Positions 38,553 to 48,591 are shown, numbered from the stretch's first letter. The stretch: 64,000 nucleotides of DNA from Deltaproteobacteria bacterium (GCA_040218735.1 JAVJQW010000003.1:85148-149147), one strand, 5' to 3'. The notes: generated by a model from the letters alone, not told the origin. Program-made: numbers and translations.

Positions 38553-39382
38553 GCACCTCCTTCGAGGCCCGCATCGTCCTGCGTCCGCGCTCGCTCGACG
38601 AGACGTTCGATCTCGCCATCCGCTACTTCCGCGCGACGATGCGCGACTTCATGAAGATGTACGCGATCTTCACGATCGTGATCACCGGCGGCATCGTGGG
38701 CGCGGCGATCTTATTCGATCTCTCGTTCGAGGTGCAGGGCGCGCTCGCCGTCGCGATCGTCCCGTTCTACGAGCGCGTGGTGACGGTCTTCGCGGGGCGG
38801 CACCTGTTCGCGAACCCCACGTCGGTCTCGGCCGCGTTCGGCGCGGTGCTCAAGCGGTTTGCGTTCCTCTCGATGCACGCGGCGATCATCCTGGCGCCGG
38901 TGCTGATGATCCTGCTCTCCGACGACGAGGGCACGATGGCCGCCTTCGGGGTCATGCTCGGCCTCGCGTGGGGCCTCTTCGTGGTGCCTTCGCACATGCA
39001 CGTCACGGAGGTCGTCCTGCTCGAGCAGCTCCCGGCCGGCCGCGCGATGAAACGCGCGCGCATCCTGCTGCACAACAGCTTCGGTCGTGCGTTGGGGAGC
39101 TTCGTGTTCACCGGCGTGGTGCGCGGGTGCGTCGTCGCGATGGTGTACTTCGGGCTGAACTTCGTCGTCGGGTTCGTGCTCCAGTTCGAGTCCGCGAGCG
39201 AGCACCTCGGTCCCTACTTTGCCGTGTTCGGCTACGTGCTCGCCGCGCCCTACGTCGCGCTCGCGCGGCTGTTCGACTACGTCGACGCGCGCACGCGCCG
39301 CGAGGGTTGGGACATCCAGGTTCGCTTCAACGCGATCGCGCAGAAGTACGCGCGCGAGGAAGCGAAGCGGCTGGCGGCCTGA
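38549..39382 (+). CDS. Integral membrane protein of the RDD/SpoIIM/MoxR operon
   Basis: LRPRSL.E.FD.A at the N-terminus, Y.D.R.RREGWDI at the C-terminus; overlaps both neighbours. Confidence 0.82.
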   Translation: MSTSFEARIVLRPRSLDETFDLAIRYFRATMRDFMKMYAIFTIVITGGIVGAAILFDLSFEVQGALAVAIVPFYERVVTVFAGRHLFANPTSVSAAFGAVLKRFAFLSMHAAIILAPVLMILLSDDEGTMAAFGVMLGLAWGLFVVPSHMHVTEVVLLEQLPAGRAMKRARILLHNSFGRALGSFVFTGVVRGCVVAMVYFGLNFVVGFVLQFESASEHLGPYFAVFGYVLAAPYVALARLFDYVDARTRREGWDIQVRFNAIAQKYAREEAKRLAA

Positions 39383-41946
39383 TGCGGCGATCGCTCTCCA
39401 CGCTCGCGCTCGTCGCGATGCTCACGACGTCGACGAGCGCCTTCGCCGGCTCGCCGCTGTGGGGCTACTTCGTGCGCGACGCCGACGGCGAGCTCGTCAC
39501 CGCGGGCTGGCCGAAGTCGAAGTCGATCGTGTTCGGCAGCGACGAGGACGCGGACGTCCGCCTCGACGGCCTCGCCCCCGAGCACGCGACGGTCGTCGCC
39601 GACAACGGCGCGATCCGGATCGAGCCGGAGGTCGACGGCGTCCTCGTCGACGGGCGAGCGACCGACGAAGCGGTGACGGTACACGCCGGTTCGACCGTCA
39701 CGATGGGCGCGTACGCCGTGCAGTTCTCGCTGGTGCGTGCGGACTACGAGCCGGAGCCCACCGAGGAAGAGACGCCGCCCGACGAAGACGCCGAGGAGCC
39801 CCTGCCGAAGAAACTCGCGCCACCGCCCCCGGCGCGGGAGGCGGGTGCGCGGGCGTCGCTGTGGCGCGCGGAGGAGTTCGACCGCGAGGCCTACCGGTTC
39901 TGCCACGACCCGGAGTACGGCGAAGGCGGCGTGGTCGACGCGGACCTGTGCGGAATCATCGACGAGTCCTCGCGCGACGTGTGCCCGGCGGCGCTCGAGA
40001 GCTGCCCTTGGGAGGAGTACGTGGGGCGGCCGATGTTCGGTCGGTTCGGCGGCGGCGACGGGAGTCGACAGGGGACGAATGGCAGCAACGGAACGGCGCG
40101 TCCGCGGAAGAAGCGCAAGAAGATCACCGTCCCGCTGCTGCCGCCGGAGATCGCGTACACCCTCCTCGCGATCATCGTGGCGATCCTGGTCTTCGTGTTC
40201 GCGAAGTCGCTGAAGGACGCCGGCTGGGAGCGCTCGGAGATCGACCTCGCGGAGGACGAGATCGACGAAGCCGCGCTCGACCTGCAGTCGCTCCCCGAGG
40301 CGCGCTCTCACGTTCTACTGAAACTATCGGAGCGCGCCCTCGCCCGCGGTGATCGCGAAGAGGCCGCGATCCTCTTGCACCTCGCGGTGCTGCGTCACCT
40401 CGACGACGAGGGCCTCGCGCAGTACCACCCGTCGAAGACCAACGGCGACTACCTGCGCAGCATCCGCCGGCACAAACCGCTCGCCGCGCTGTTCCGCGGC
40501 GTCGCCAACGAGACGGAGCGCGTGCGCTTCGGGGACGGCCGCGTCGACGAGAACCGCCTCCGCGAGCTGATCGCCGAGGGCCGCGCGCTGCTCGTGCCGA
40601 ACAGCCAGCCGCCCGCGCCCTTCGCCGGCGCCGCGACGCTCGCGCTCCTCGCCGCGATGTCCGTGACGCTCCAGGGCTGCCCGCAGCAGGACGAGGACTC
40701 GCGCGCGTTCTACTCGCACGCTCCCGCGGGCATGAGCGCGCTGGTGCCGACGCTGCGCGCCGCCGGATTGCACCCGAAGGTGCTCCTCGAGCCGCTCACC
40801 GAAGTGCCGCTGGACGTCGACGTCATCGTGTTCCGCACGTCGGCGTCGCGCACAGGAAAGATCCCGAAGGACCTCGTCGTGGACGCGATCCTCGACCAGG
40901 GGATCTCGCTCGTCGTCATCGACGACCTCGGCACCGCGAAGCACTTCCTCCCGAACACCTCGACGGTCGGCCCGATCCGCGAAGAGCTCGCGCCGGTGGA
41001 GCTGACGCTCCCGATCGGCCCGGACGCCTCCGAGTGCCAGCAGCGCCTGCGCCCGGCGTCGATGCTCCTGGAGAACGACCGCGTGGTCATCCCGGACGGT
41101 CACCGCATCGCGTGGACCGGTGAAGCCGGCTACGTACCGATCGCCCAGGACCGCTTCGAGCTCGAGCCGTTGATGCGGACGAAGAACAGCACGACCGCCC
41201 TGATCGGTCCGGCGTTCACCGCACACCGCGAGCGCTCGACCGGCGCGCTGAGCGGGTGCATGTACGTGTTCTCGGACCGCGACCTGTTCACGAACGCTTC
41301 GCTCACCCGCCGGGAGAACGCGCGCTTCGTCGGGACGTTCTTCGGTTCGATCGCCGGCAACACCGGGCACGTGTGGTTCGCGGATCGACTGGACCGCTGG
41401 CTCACGTCGGGCGGCGGCGGCGGCGGTGGCTCGGCGCCGAAGAACCCCGTGAAGCCGCTCGCGGCGTCGAACATGCTGCCCCTCCTCGTGCAAGGGTTGG
41501 TGTCGCTCGGGCTGCTCTACGTCTTCCTCGGCGCCGCGTTCGGCCCGCTCCGCGACCGCGAGACGCGGCAGCACAAGGCGTTCGTGGAGCACGTCGAAGC
41601 GATCGGCCGGCAGTACGCGCGCTGCGGGAAGCCGGGGCTCACCCACGCCGCGACGGCGCTCGCGCGGCTGGTGGTGATGCGCAACCGCGAGCGCGTGCGT
41701 GGAGACGGCGGTTGGGCCGCGGTCGCGCACGAGCTCTCCGAGAAACACGACCTCCCCGAAGGCGACGTGCGCGCGGCGCTGCGTCTTGGTATCGAGGGCA
41801 AGAGCGAGCTGGGGGCGCCGCGTCAGGACGACCCCGAGCCCGCGAGCGAGCGCATGTTGCAGACGCTGTCGCGCCTCCTGGGAGGGCGACGGGCCGAGCT
41901 GGCGAAGAAGCCGAAGCGGTCGTTCAGGAAGGACATGAAGTCATGA
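39382..41946 (+). CDS. Fusion: signal peptide, FHA-like, Cys-rich, TM, DUF4129-like and DUF4350-like domains
   Basis: SKTNGDY...F....E.VRFG (DUF4129-like); S..PAG..AL, SD.DLFTN..L...ENA.F, AFGP, EHVEA.G..Y (DUF4350-like). Confidence 0.75.
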   Translation: MRRSLSTLALVAMLTTSTSAFAGSPLWGYFVRDADGELVTAGWPKSKSIVFGSDEDADVRLDGLAPEHATVVADNGAIRIEPEVDGVLVDGRATDEAVTVHAGSTVTMGAYAVQFSLVRADYEPEPTEEETPPDEDAEEPLPKKLAPPPPAREAGARASLWRAEEFDREAYRFCHDPEYGEGGVVDADLCGIIDESSRDVCPAALESCPWEEYVGRPMFGRFGGGDGSRQGTNGSNGTARPRKKRKKITVPLLPPEIAYTLLAIIVAILVFVFAKSLKDAGWERSEIDLAEDEIDEAALDLQSLPEARSHVLLKLSERALARGDREEAAILLHLAVLRHLDDEGLAQYHPSKTNGDYLRSIRRHKPLAALFRGVANETERVRFGDGRVDENRLRELIAEGRALLVPNSQPPAPFAGAATLALLAAMSVTLQGCPQQDEDSRAFYSHAPAGMSALVPTLRAAGLHPKVLLEPLTEVPLDVDVIVFRTSASRTGKIPKDLVVDAILDQGISLVVIDDLGTAKHFLPNTSTVGPIREELAPVELTLPIGPDASECQQRLRPASMLLENDRVVIPDGHRIAWTGEAGYVPIAQDRFELEPLMRTKNSTTALIGPAFTAHRERSTGALSGCMYVFSDRDLFTNASLTRRENARFVGTFFGSIAGNTGHVWFADRLDRWLTSGGGGGGGSAPKNPVKPLAASNMLPLLVQGLVSLGLLYVFLGAAFGPLRDRETRQHKAFVEHVEAIGRQYARCGKPGLTHAATALARLVVMRNRERVRGDGGWAAVAHELSEKHDLPEGDVRAALRLGIEGKSELGAPRQDDPEPASERMLQTLSRLLGGRRAELAKKPKRSFRKDMKS

Positions 41947-41962
41947 GTACGCGGAGGAATTC

Positions 41963-43222
41963 GTGGAGCTGAGCCAAGTCAGTCAGATGTTCGAGGCGAT
42001 CGAGGACGAGATCCGCAAGGTCTTCGTCGGCCAGGACGAAGTCCTGAGCAACGTCCTCGTCGCGATGCTCGCGCGCGGTCACGTGCTGCTGGAAGGTGTA
42101 CCCGGCGTCGGCAAGACGCTGCTGGTGAGGACGCTCGGCCACGTGCTGGGTTGTCACTTCCGCCGCGTGCAATTCACGCCGGACCTCATGCCGTCCGACG
42201 TGACGGGCTCGACGCTCTACAACACCCAAAAGGGTGAGTTCGAGTTCAAACACGGGCCGGTGTTCACGCACATCCTGTTGGCCGACGAGGTCAACCGTGC
42301 GCCCGCGAAGACGCAGTCGGCGATGCTGGAGTCGATGGCGGAGCGCTCCGTCACCGTGGACGGTGTGACCCACCCGCTGCCGGCGCCGTACTTCGTGCTC
42401 GCGACCCAGAACCCACTGGAGAGCGCCGGCACCTACGCGCTCCCCGAGGCGCAGCTCGATCGCTTCCTCTTCAAGGTGTTGATTCGGCACCCGGCGAAGG
42501 ACGTCGAAGAGCAGCTCCTCAGGAACGTGCGCGATGGGTTCGACGCAGCCGATCTCGAAGCCGCGCAGCTGAGACGCGTGACCAGCGCGGAGGGGTTGGT
42601 GCGGATGCAGCAGGCGATCAACCAGGTGACGGTCGACGACAAGATCATCAGCTACATCGCCGACCTCGTGGGCGTGACCCGTCGGCACCGCGCGGTGCAG
42701 ATCGGTGCGTCGCCGCGCGCGGCGATCGCGCTCCTGCAGACCTCGCGTGTGGAGGCCGCCGTGCAGGGCCGCAACTTCGTGGTGCCGGACGACGTGAAGA
42801 CCCACGGCGCCGCGGTGCTCCGTCACCGGATCATCCTGCAGCCCGACGCGGAGATCGAAGGTGTCACGACCGACGAGGTCGTCGCTTCGGTGCTGCACGA
42901 AACGCAGGTGCCGGGCATGGGTGAGTCGCACCGCCCGACGGCGTCCGCCGGGCATCGCCCCGCGCAGCCGCAGGCGCCCGCGCACGCGCCGGCATACACA
43001 CCGCAGGCCCAGCAGCCACAGGGGCACCAGGGTTGGTCGGCGCCGCCGGCGGGCCAGGACCAGACGCTCCTCGACGCCAACCGCGCGCCGTCCGCGCCGG
43101 CGCGTCCGGCGCACGCGCCGTCGGGCTCCGCACCCGCGCGCCCGGCCGGCATGGACCCGGACACGATCCCGCCGCAGGGCGTGGGTCCGCTCCCGGGTGG
43201 GGGAGGCCGCTCGGACCACTGA
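41963..43222 (+). CDS. MoxR-family AAA+ ATPase with Pro/Ala/Gln-rich C-terminal tail
   Basis: LEGVPGVGKT, QFTPDLMP.D, DEVNRAP.KTQSA, LPEAQLDRF, GASPR. Confidence 0.95.
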   Translation: MELSQVSQMFEAIEDEIRKVFVGQDEVLSNVLVAMLARGHVLLEGVPGVGKTLLVRTLGHVLGCHFRRVQFTPDLMPSDVTGSTLYNTQKGEFEFKHGPVFTHILLADEVNRAPAKTQSAMLESMAERSVTVDGVTHPLPAPYFVLATQNPLESAGTYALPEAQLDRFLFKVLIRHPAKDVEEQLLRNVRDGFDAADLEAAQLRRVTSAEGLVRMQQAINQVTVDDKIISYIADLVGVTRRHRAVQIGASPRAAIALLQTSRVEAAVQGRNFVVPDDVKTHGAAVLRHRIILQPDAEIEGVTTDEVVASVLHETQVPGMGESHRPTASAGHRPAQPQAPAHAPAYTPQAQQPQGHQGWSAPPAGQDQTLLDANRAPSAPARPAHAPSGSAPARPAGMDPDTIPPQGVGPLPGGGGRSDH

Positions 43223-43234
43223 GCGTAGGCGACG

Positions 43235-44545
43235 ATGCGTTTCATCCCCGGTCGATCGATGCTCCTCGCGTTGCTGGCGCCCCTGGTGCTGGCGCTCGTG
43301 ACGGTAGCGGAGCCGAGCACCCTGCCCGCGTTGTTGGTGACCAACGCGGTGCTGGTGGCGCTCGCGCTGCTCGACCTGGCGTTGGTGTGGAAGGCCGGCG
43401 TGGAGGTGACCCGTCAGGCCCCCGAGACGGTGTCGCTCGCGCGGCAGGTCACGGTCACCGTCGAGGTGAAGAACAAGCTGCGGCGCCGGCTCGACGTTCT
43501 GGTGAACGACGCGGTGTTCGAACACGCCGAGACGGAGGGGCTGCCGCTGAACATCGAGGTCGGCGCCGGCCTCGTGCGCCGCGGCGCGTACCGGCTGAAG
43601 GCGATGCAGCGCGGCGCGCAGATCATCGGTGCGCACTGGGTTCGTTACAAATCACCCGCCGGGTTCTGGATTCGCCAGGTGCGCATCGAAGCCGAGACGA
43701 AGATCCGCGTGTTCCCGGACGTGCAAGCGGTCCGACACTACGAGCTGCTCGCGCGCACCAACCGCGACGTCATGTCCTCGCGGGTCACCAAGATGCGCGG
43801 CGGTGACACCGAGTTCGAGCGGCTGCGTGACTTCCTCCCGGACGATGAGTTCCGGCGCATCGACTGGCGCGCCACCGCGCGCCGCAACAAATTCACGGTG
43901 CGTGAGTTCCAGATCGAGCGGAACCAGAACGTGGTCTTCATGCTCGACTGCGGCCGACTCATGACCGCGGTCTGGGACGATCTCACCGCGCTGGACTACG
44001 CGCTCAACGCGACGCTCATGCTCTCCCACGTCGCGATCCGTCGCGGCGACCAAGTGGGTTTGATCGCCTTCGACGAGAAGGTCAGCCGAATCATCAAGCC
44101 GCGCGCGGGGGCGAGCGCGTCGAATCAGATCATCCAGGCGACGTACAACCTGTTCCCCAAGATGGTGGAGTCGGACTTCGAGGCGGCGTTCAAGACGCTC
44201 AAGCTCCACGTCCGCAAACGTACGCTGGTCGTGTTCATCACCCACGCGATCGACGAACAGACGGCGCGACGCATCCAGGTGCTCTCGCGCGACCTCCTCC
44301 CCACGCACCTCCCGCTGTGTGTCCTCCTGAAGGACCGAGAGCTGGAAGAGCGCGCGGCGATGAAGGCGATCTCCAACGACGACGTGTGCATCCAGGCCGC
44401 CGCCGCCGAGATGCTGCTGTGGCGCGACAAACTCACCCGCGAGCTCACCCGCGCCGGGGTACTCGTGCTCGACGTCCTCCACCAGCAACTCACCGGCGCG
44501 CTCGTGTCGCGCTACCTCGAAGCCAAAGCGCGCGGATTGATCTGA
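43235..44545 (+). CDS. DUF58 (VWA-like) protein
   Basis: EFERLRDF...D..R.IDWRATAR, LDCGR.M, GDQVG. Confidence 0.92.
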   Translation: MRFIPGRSMLLALLAPLVLALVTVAEPSTLPALLVTNAVLVALALLDLALVWKAGVEVTRQAPETVSLARQVTVTVEVKNKLRRRLDVLVNDAVFEHAETEGLPLNIEVGAGLVRRGAYRLKAMQRGAQIIGAHWVRYKSPAGFWIRQVRIEAETKIRVFPDVQAVRHYELLARTNRDVMSSRVTKMRGGDTEFERLRDFLPDDEFRRIDWRATARRNKFTVREFQIERNQNVVFMLDCGRLMTAVWDDLTALDYALNATLMLSHVAIRRGDQVGLIAFDEKVSRIIKPRAGASASNQIIQATYNLFPKMVESDFEAAFKTLKLHVRKRTLVVFITHAIDEQTARRIQVLSRDLLPTHLPLCVLLKDRELEERAAMKAISNDDVCIQAAAAEMLLWRDKLTRELTRAGVLVLDVLHQQLTGALVSRYLEAKARGLI

Positions 44546-45492
44546 TGACGGACGACAAACCGCTCGCCCGTTTCGGCCCCTACCGCATCCTCGGTCGACT
44601 CGGGACGGGCGGCATGTGCCACGTCTTCCGCGCGCGCCACGACGAAGGCACCTTCGACGTCGCGCTCAAGATGCTCCGCGAGGACCGCCGCGGCGACGAA
44701 CAGATCCGCGACCTCTTCGTCACCGAGGCCGACGTCTCCCTCCTCCTCCAACACCCGAACCTCGTCCGAACCTACGACTCCGGCGAGGTCGACGGCCGCT
44801 ACTACATCGCGATGGAGCTGATGGAGGGCGGCGCGCTCGACGACCTGATGAAGGCCTTCAAGAAGAAGGAGATCGAGCTCCCGCTGGACTTCGCGATGTT
44901 CATCATCACCGAGGTGCTCGAAGGCCTGCAGTCGCTCCACGCCGCGACCGGCCACACCGGGCGCCCGCTCGGCCTCATCCACCGCGACGTCACCCCGCAG
45001 AACATCTTCCTGTCGTTCGACGGGCGCGTGATCCTCGGCGACTTCGGCGTCGCGCTGATCCAAGCCTACGGCGACACCGACCCGGGCCAGGTCCTCGGCA
45101 AGCTCGGCTACCTCGCGCCGGAGATGGTCGCGATGGAGGAGGTCGACCACCGCGCCGACGTCTTCTCCGCCGGCGTCGTCCTGTGGGAGATGCTCACCGA
45201 GCAACGGCTGTACGTCGGCGACCACGAGGACGACGTCCTCGCCGACATCGTCGACGGTCGAGTCATTCGACCCCGCGAGGTGCGCCCGACCCTGAGCCGC
45301 GAGACGGAAGCCGCCGTGATGACCGCGCTCGCGCGGAAGCCGAAGGAACGCTACGAATCGGCCGAGGCGATGATCTACGCGCTCGACGAGCTGTGGTCGA
45401 AGAAGCTCGGCTGCCCCGCCGCTGTCGCCGCGACGCTCGCCGCGATGTGGCCCGAAGACGCCGAACGCTGGCGCGCGCGACGACGCGGCTGA
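44545..45492 (+). CDS. Cytoplasmic Ser/Thr protein kinase
   Basis: LG.GGM..V, ALK, HRDVTPQN, DFG, GK.GYLAPE, DVFS; TGATG-coupled to DUF58. Confidence 0.93.
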   Translation: MTDDKPLARFGPYRILGRLGTGGMCHVFRARHDEGTFDVALKMLREDRRGDEQIRDLFVTEADVSLLLQHPNLVRTYDSGEVDGRYYIAMELMEGGALDDLMKAFKKKEIELPLDFAMFIITEVLEGLQSLHAATGHTGRPLGLIHRDVTPQNIFLSFDGRVILGDFGVALIQAYGDTDPGQVLGKLGYLAPEMVAMEEVDHRADVFSAGVVLWEMLTEQRLYVGDHEDDVLADIVDGRVIRPREVRPTLSRETEAAVMTALARKPKERYESAEAMIYALDELWSKKLGCPAAVAATLAAMWPEDAERWRARRRG

Positions 45493-45555
45493 TCGCACGT
45501 CCAGGGGGTCCAGCCCGGCCTTGTGGGCAGAGCCTCGCGCTGTTTGGATCCGACC

Positions 45556-47064
45556 ATGAGCTTCGGGGAGGGTGGCGACGACGATCCGCTCGAGCTCGAC
45601 CTCGACTACAACTGGAACAAGCCGGCCGAGGCCGAGAAACCTCCGCCGCGCGCGGCGACGCCCCACCCGCTCCCCGACCCGGCGTTCGGTTCCGACGATG
45701 AGGACTCGCTCGACCTCGAACCGCTCGACCTCGGCGCCACGCCGATCGCCGACGCGCCCCCCGCGACGGCGCCGGTGCACGTCACGAATCCGCCCGAGGT
45801 CGCGCCGCCGCCGATCGACGATCTCGCGCCGCCGCCGCGCGCCGCCGAAGCCTTCGCGTGTCCGAAGTGCAGCTTTCCCCAGCCGCCGAGCGACACCTGT
45901 GTGGCGTGCGGGGTCATCTTCGCGAAGATCAAGGCCGGGCGCGCACCGTCCCTCGCGGGGGCAGCGCCGCCGGCTCCGCTCGCCCCCGAAGTGCCGGTCT
46001 TGGCAGGTACTCCGGTGGAACCGCCGCCGGCGGAGGCGGAGCCCGTCTCCGTGCCGCAGCCGCAGGCCGGGACGATCGGGCAGTGCCTCGTCGCTCCCTT
46101 CAATGGAATGGGTGCGCTGTGGCTGTTGATCCTGACGCTCGTGTTGGTCCTCGCGTCGTGGTCGAGGGGCCTCCGCGGGCTGCTGCTCAAGTTCGCGTAC
46201 ATCGGGTTGCTCGCGAACTACTTCGCGAAGTGCGCGGGGCAGGCGTACGACGGTGACTACACCGCGCCGCGCCTCGAGAAACCCAACGACTACAAGGGCG
46301 AGCTCGTGCTGCCGGGTCTCGCGCTCATCGGCCTCGCGATCCTGCTGTGGCTCCCCTCGGGTCTGATGCTCGGTTCGATCGTCGCCGACGCGCTCACGCC
46401 GACGGTCGCGCTCGACGACTCCGAGCCGCTGGAGGAGCGCATCGCCGGTTGGAACCCAGACGAGGTCTTCCGGTTCCCCGACGGTGACTACCGAACGCTG
46501 AGCTTCGACGACCCACCCGCGATCGTGAAGCGCTCGGACGGCAACTGGGTCAAAGTCATCCCCGAGGAAGGCATCCTGCTCGTCATCGGCGAGGACTACG
46601 AACCCTCGCGCGGCGACCCCTTCGGCGACTCGCTGTACGGCGCGGACGGCGAGCTCGCGATGGACGAGACCTACGACGAGGACGAGGCGTTCGCGAAGGC
46701 GTGGGAGGCACTCGACATCCCCGTCGGCAAGCTCCTGCTCCTCTTCCTCTTCGGTTTGTTCGCGCTCTACTACTGGCCGATGGGTCTCGCGGTCGCGGCG
46801 TTCGGGGAGAGTATCGGCCGCATCTACAACCCGGTCGTGGTCATCGGGTGCGCTGTGCGGGCGGGGCTGCCGTATCTCATCGTCGTCGGGGCGGGGTTCG
46901 CGATCATCCTCGTCGCAACCCTGATTGCGAGCCAGCTCTCGTGGATGCTCGCGACCTTCGTGACGCTCTTGTCGGTGGCGTACAACTCGGGCGCGCAGGG
47001 TTATCTGATGGGTCGGCTCGTCGCGTCGGACGCGCAGCTCGAAGCCGCCATCCGCGGCGAGTAA
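45556..47064 (+). CDS. Membrane protein with Zn-ribbon and acidic/Pro-rich N-terminus
   Basis: CPKC..Q....C..CG.IF.K; multiple TM segments. Confidence 0.75.
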   Translation: MSFGEGGDDDPLELDLDYNWNKPAEAEKPPPRAATPHPLPDPAFGSDDEDSLDLEPLDLGATPIADAPPATAPVHVTNPPEVAPPPIDDLAPPPRAAEAFACPKCSFPQPPSDTCVACGVIFAKIKAGRAPSLAGAAPPAPLAPEVPVLAGTPVEPPPAEAEPVSVPQPQAGTIGQCLVAPFNGMGALWLLILTLVLVLASWSRGLRGLLLKFAYIGLLANYFAKCAGQAYDGDYTAPRLEKPNDYKGELVLPGLALIGLAILLWLPSGLMLGSIVADALTPTVALDDSEPLEERIAGWNPDEVFRFPDGDYRTLSFDDPPAIVKRSDGNWVKVIPEEGILLVIGEDYEPSRGDPFGDSLYGADGELAMDETYDEDEAFAKAWEALDIPVGKLLLLFLFGLFALYYWPMGLAVAAFGESIGRIYNPVVVIGCAVRAGLPYLIVVGAGFAIILVATLIASQLSWMLATFVTLLSVAYNSGAQGYLMGRLVASDAQLEAAIRGE

Positions 47065-48561
47065 TCAGGGCGGCGGCCCGGACGCCGCGCGGCGGACGCG
47101 GCGCGAGGTCGGGTCTGTCATGTAGACGTCCGTGATGTTGGCGTCGAGGTCCGCGAGGGTGTTGTCCGACCAGTAGCCGCCGAACTGACTCCGGATCTCG
47201 GTGATTCCGTAGACCGCAAAAGCGTTGCCCTCGCGCCGGACGATCGCGTCCTTCCCGGTCGCGGCGGCAACGCGCTGGGCCGCCGCCTGGGCATCCGAGC
47301 GCTGGCCGAAGACCCCGTGGGTGGAGATCGTATGGAGGTCCGGGTTCGAGCCCGCGACCTCCAGCTCTCCGATCCGGGTCCCTGCGCGGAGCGCTCCGCT
47401 CAACGACGACTCGGCGACCGATGTGCCATACACGATCTGGTTGGGAGAGATCGCGTTGGATCGAGGCAACATGCCTTGCAGCTCGCGCAGCGACATCGTC
47501 CTCATGTGCTGCGCGCCGTCGGGTCCCGCGGGATCGTAGTAGCTCACACGATCCCCCTGGACGTCGGTGACCACGAACCAGTGTCGCGTCCCGGACTGGC
47601 TCGTCGCGTTGAACGTCGACACGACGGGGACCATCACGCCGCCCGGGTCGGCTGCGAGCCCGCGCGCGAGCTCCGCGGGGAGCGTCGCGGAGGAGACGGT
47701 GTGTTGCCCGTACGTATAGAAGCGTCCGCCGGAGTGGCGGAAGTTGTCGTTGAGGATGCCGGCCATCTGCGGCGCTGTCGTGCCTCCGCTCATCGCCATG
47801 CTTCGGATCATCGCGTCGGCCTGCGCGTGCGTACGGGTCGGTGCGCGACCGGCCGCGGCTTCGCGACGGTCGTGCATGAACAACGCACAAGTGGGCCCGC
47901 AGTCGAGGTTGGTCGTGTTGCGGACGCGCCCCTGCCCGACGCGACCGACCGACGCCGTATCACCGGAGGCATCCGCGTAGAGGCGGGAGCGGACATCGTT
48001 CCAGCGCATCTGCCCCGAGCCGATCCCGATGCCGCGCGCGCCGTTGCTCCCGCGGTACTGAAGTCGAACACGAACGCCGCGCTGCGAAACCGCGACGAGC
48101 TGCTGGCGCTCGCGCGTGGTGAGCTCTTGCCCCTCGTTCATGATTCGCGTCTGTCCCGCGCGGCGAACAGCCTCGTTGAGCTCGCCGCGTTCGAGGATCC
48201 CGTCCTCGTTGCGGTCGAAGCGACGCATCAACTCGTAGTTGCGGTTCGTGACGTCGATCGTCTCGGTCGGCGGAGCGCCCGGGCTCGTGGGCGTCGTCGT
48301 CGGGCTCGTCGGCGGCGGCTGCCCGCCGCGGAACGGTCCTGCGCCGACCCGACCGCGAAACACGGGTGCATCCGACCGGGTCGCGGGCGCCGGCCCTCCC
48401 GAGCCGGCGCCGAGTCGCTCTGCCCACGCCGCGACCTGCGTGTGCTTGGGGCGCACTTCGGCCGGAGCGGGTTGGTCCAGAACCCGCTTCGGTCGCGACG
48501 TCGCAGAGGTGTCGATCAGGGGTTGCGGCCGCCTGCGGACACCGTCGTTGCGTACGCCCAT
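47065..48561 (-). CDS. EF-hand + C39-like (papain-fold) peptidase
   Basis: DRNEDGILERGE EF-hand; DCGPTC...HWFVV...YYDP triad; no signal peptide. Confidence 0.7.
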   Translation of the reverse strand: MGVRNDGVRRRPQPLIDTSATSRPKRVLDQPAPAEVRPKHTQVAAWAERLGAGSGGPAPATRSDAPVFRGRVGAGPFRGGQPPPTSPTTTPTSPGAPPTETIDVTNRNYELMRRFDRNEDGILERGELNEAVRRAGQTRIMNEGQELTTRERQQLVAVSQRGVRVRLQYRGSNGARGIGIGSGQMRWNDVRSRLYADASGDTASVGRVGQGRVRNTTNLDCGPTCALFMHDRREAAAGRAPTRTHAQADAMIRSMAMSGGTTAPQMAGILNDNFRHSGGRFYTYGQHTVSSATLPAELARGLAADPGGVMVPVVSTFNATSQSGTRHWFVVTDVQGDRVSYYDPAGPDGAQHMRTMSLRELQGMLPRSNAISPNQIVYGTSVAESSLSGALRAGTRIGELEVAGSNPDLHTISTHGVFGQRSDAQAAAQRVAAATGKDAIVRREGNAFAVYGITEIRSQFGGYWSDNTLADLDANITDVYMTDPTSRRVRRAASGPPP

Positions 48562-48575
48562 CTACAGGGACGATT

Positions 48576-48591
48576 CGCAGGTTCCGTGCCA
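48576..48591 (-). promoter_or_regulatory. Sigma-54-type promoter
   Basis: TGGCACGGAACCTGCG on the minus strand, 16 nt upstream of ATG 48561. Confidence 0.55.
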
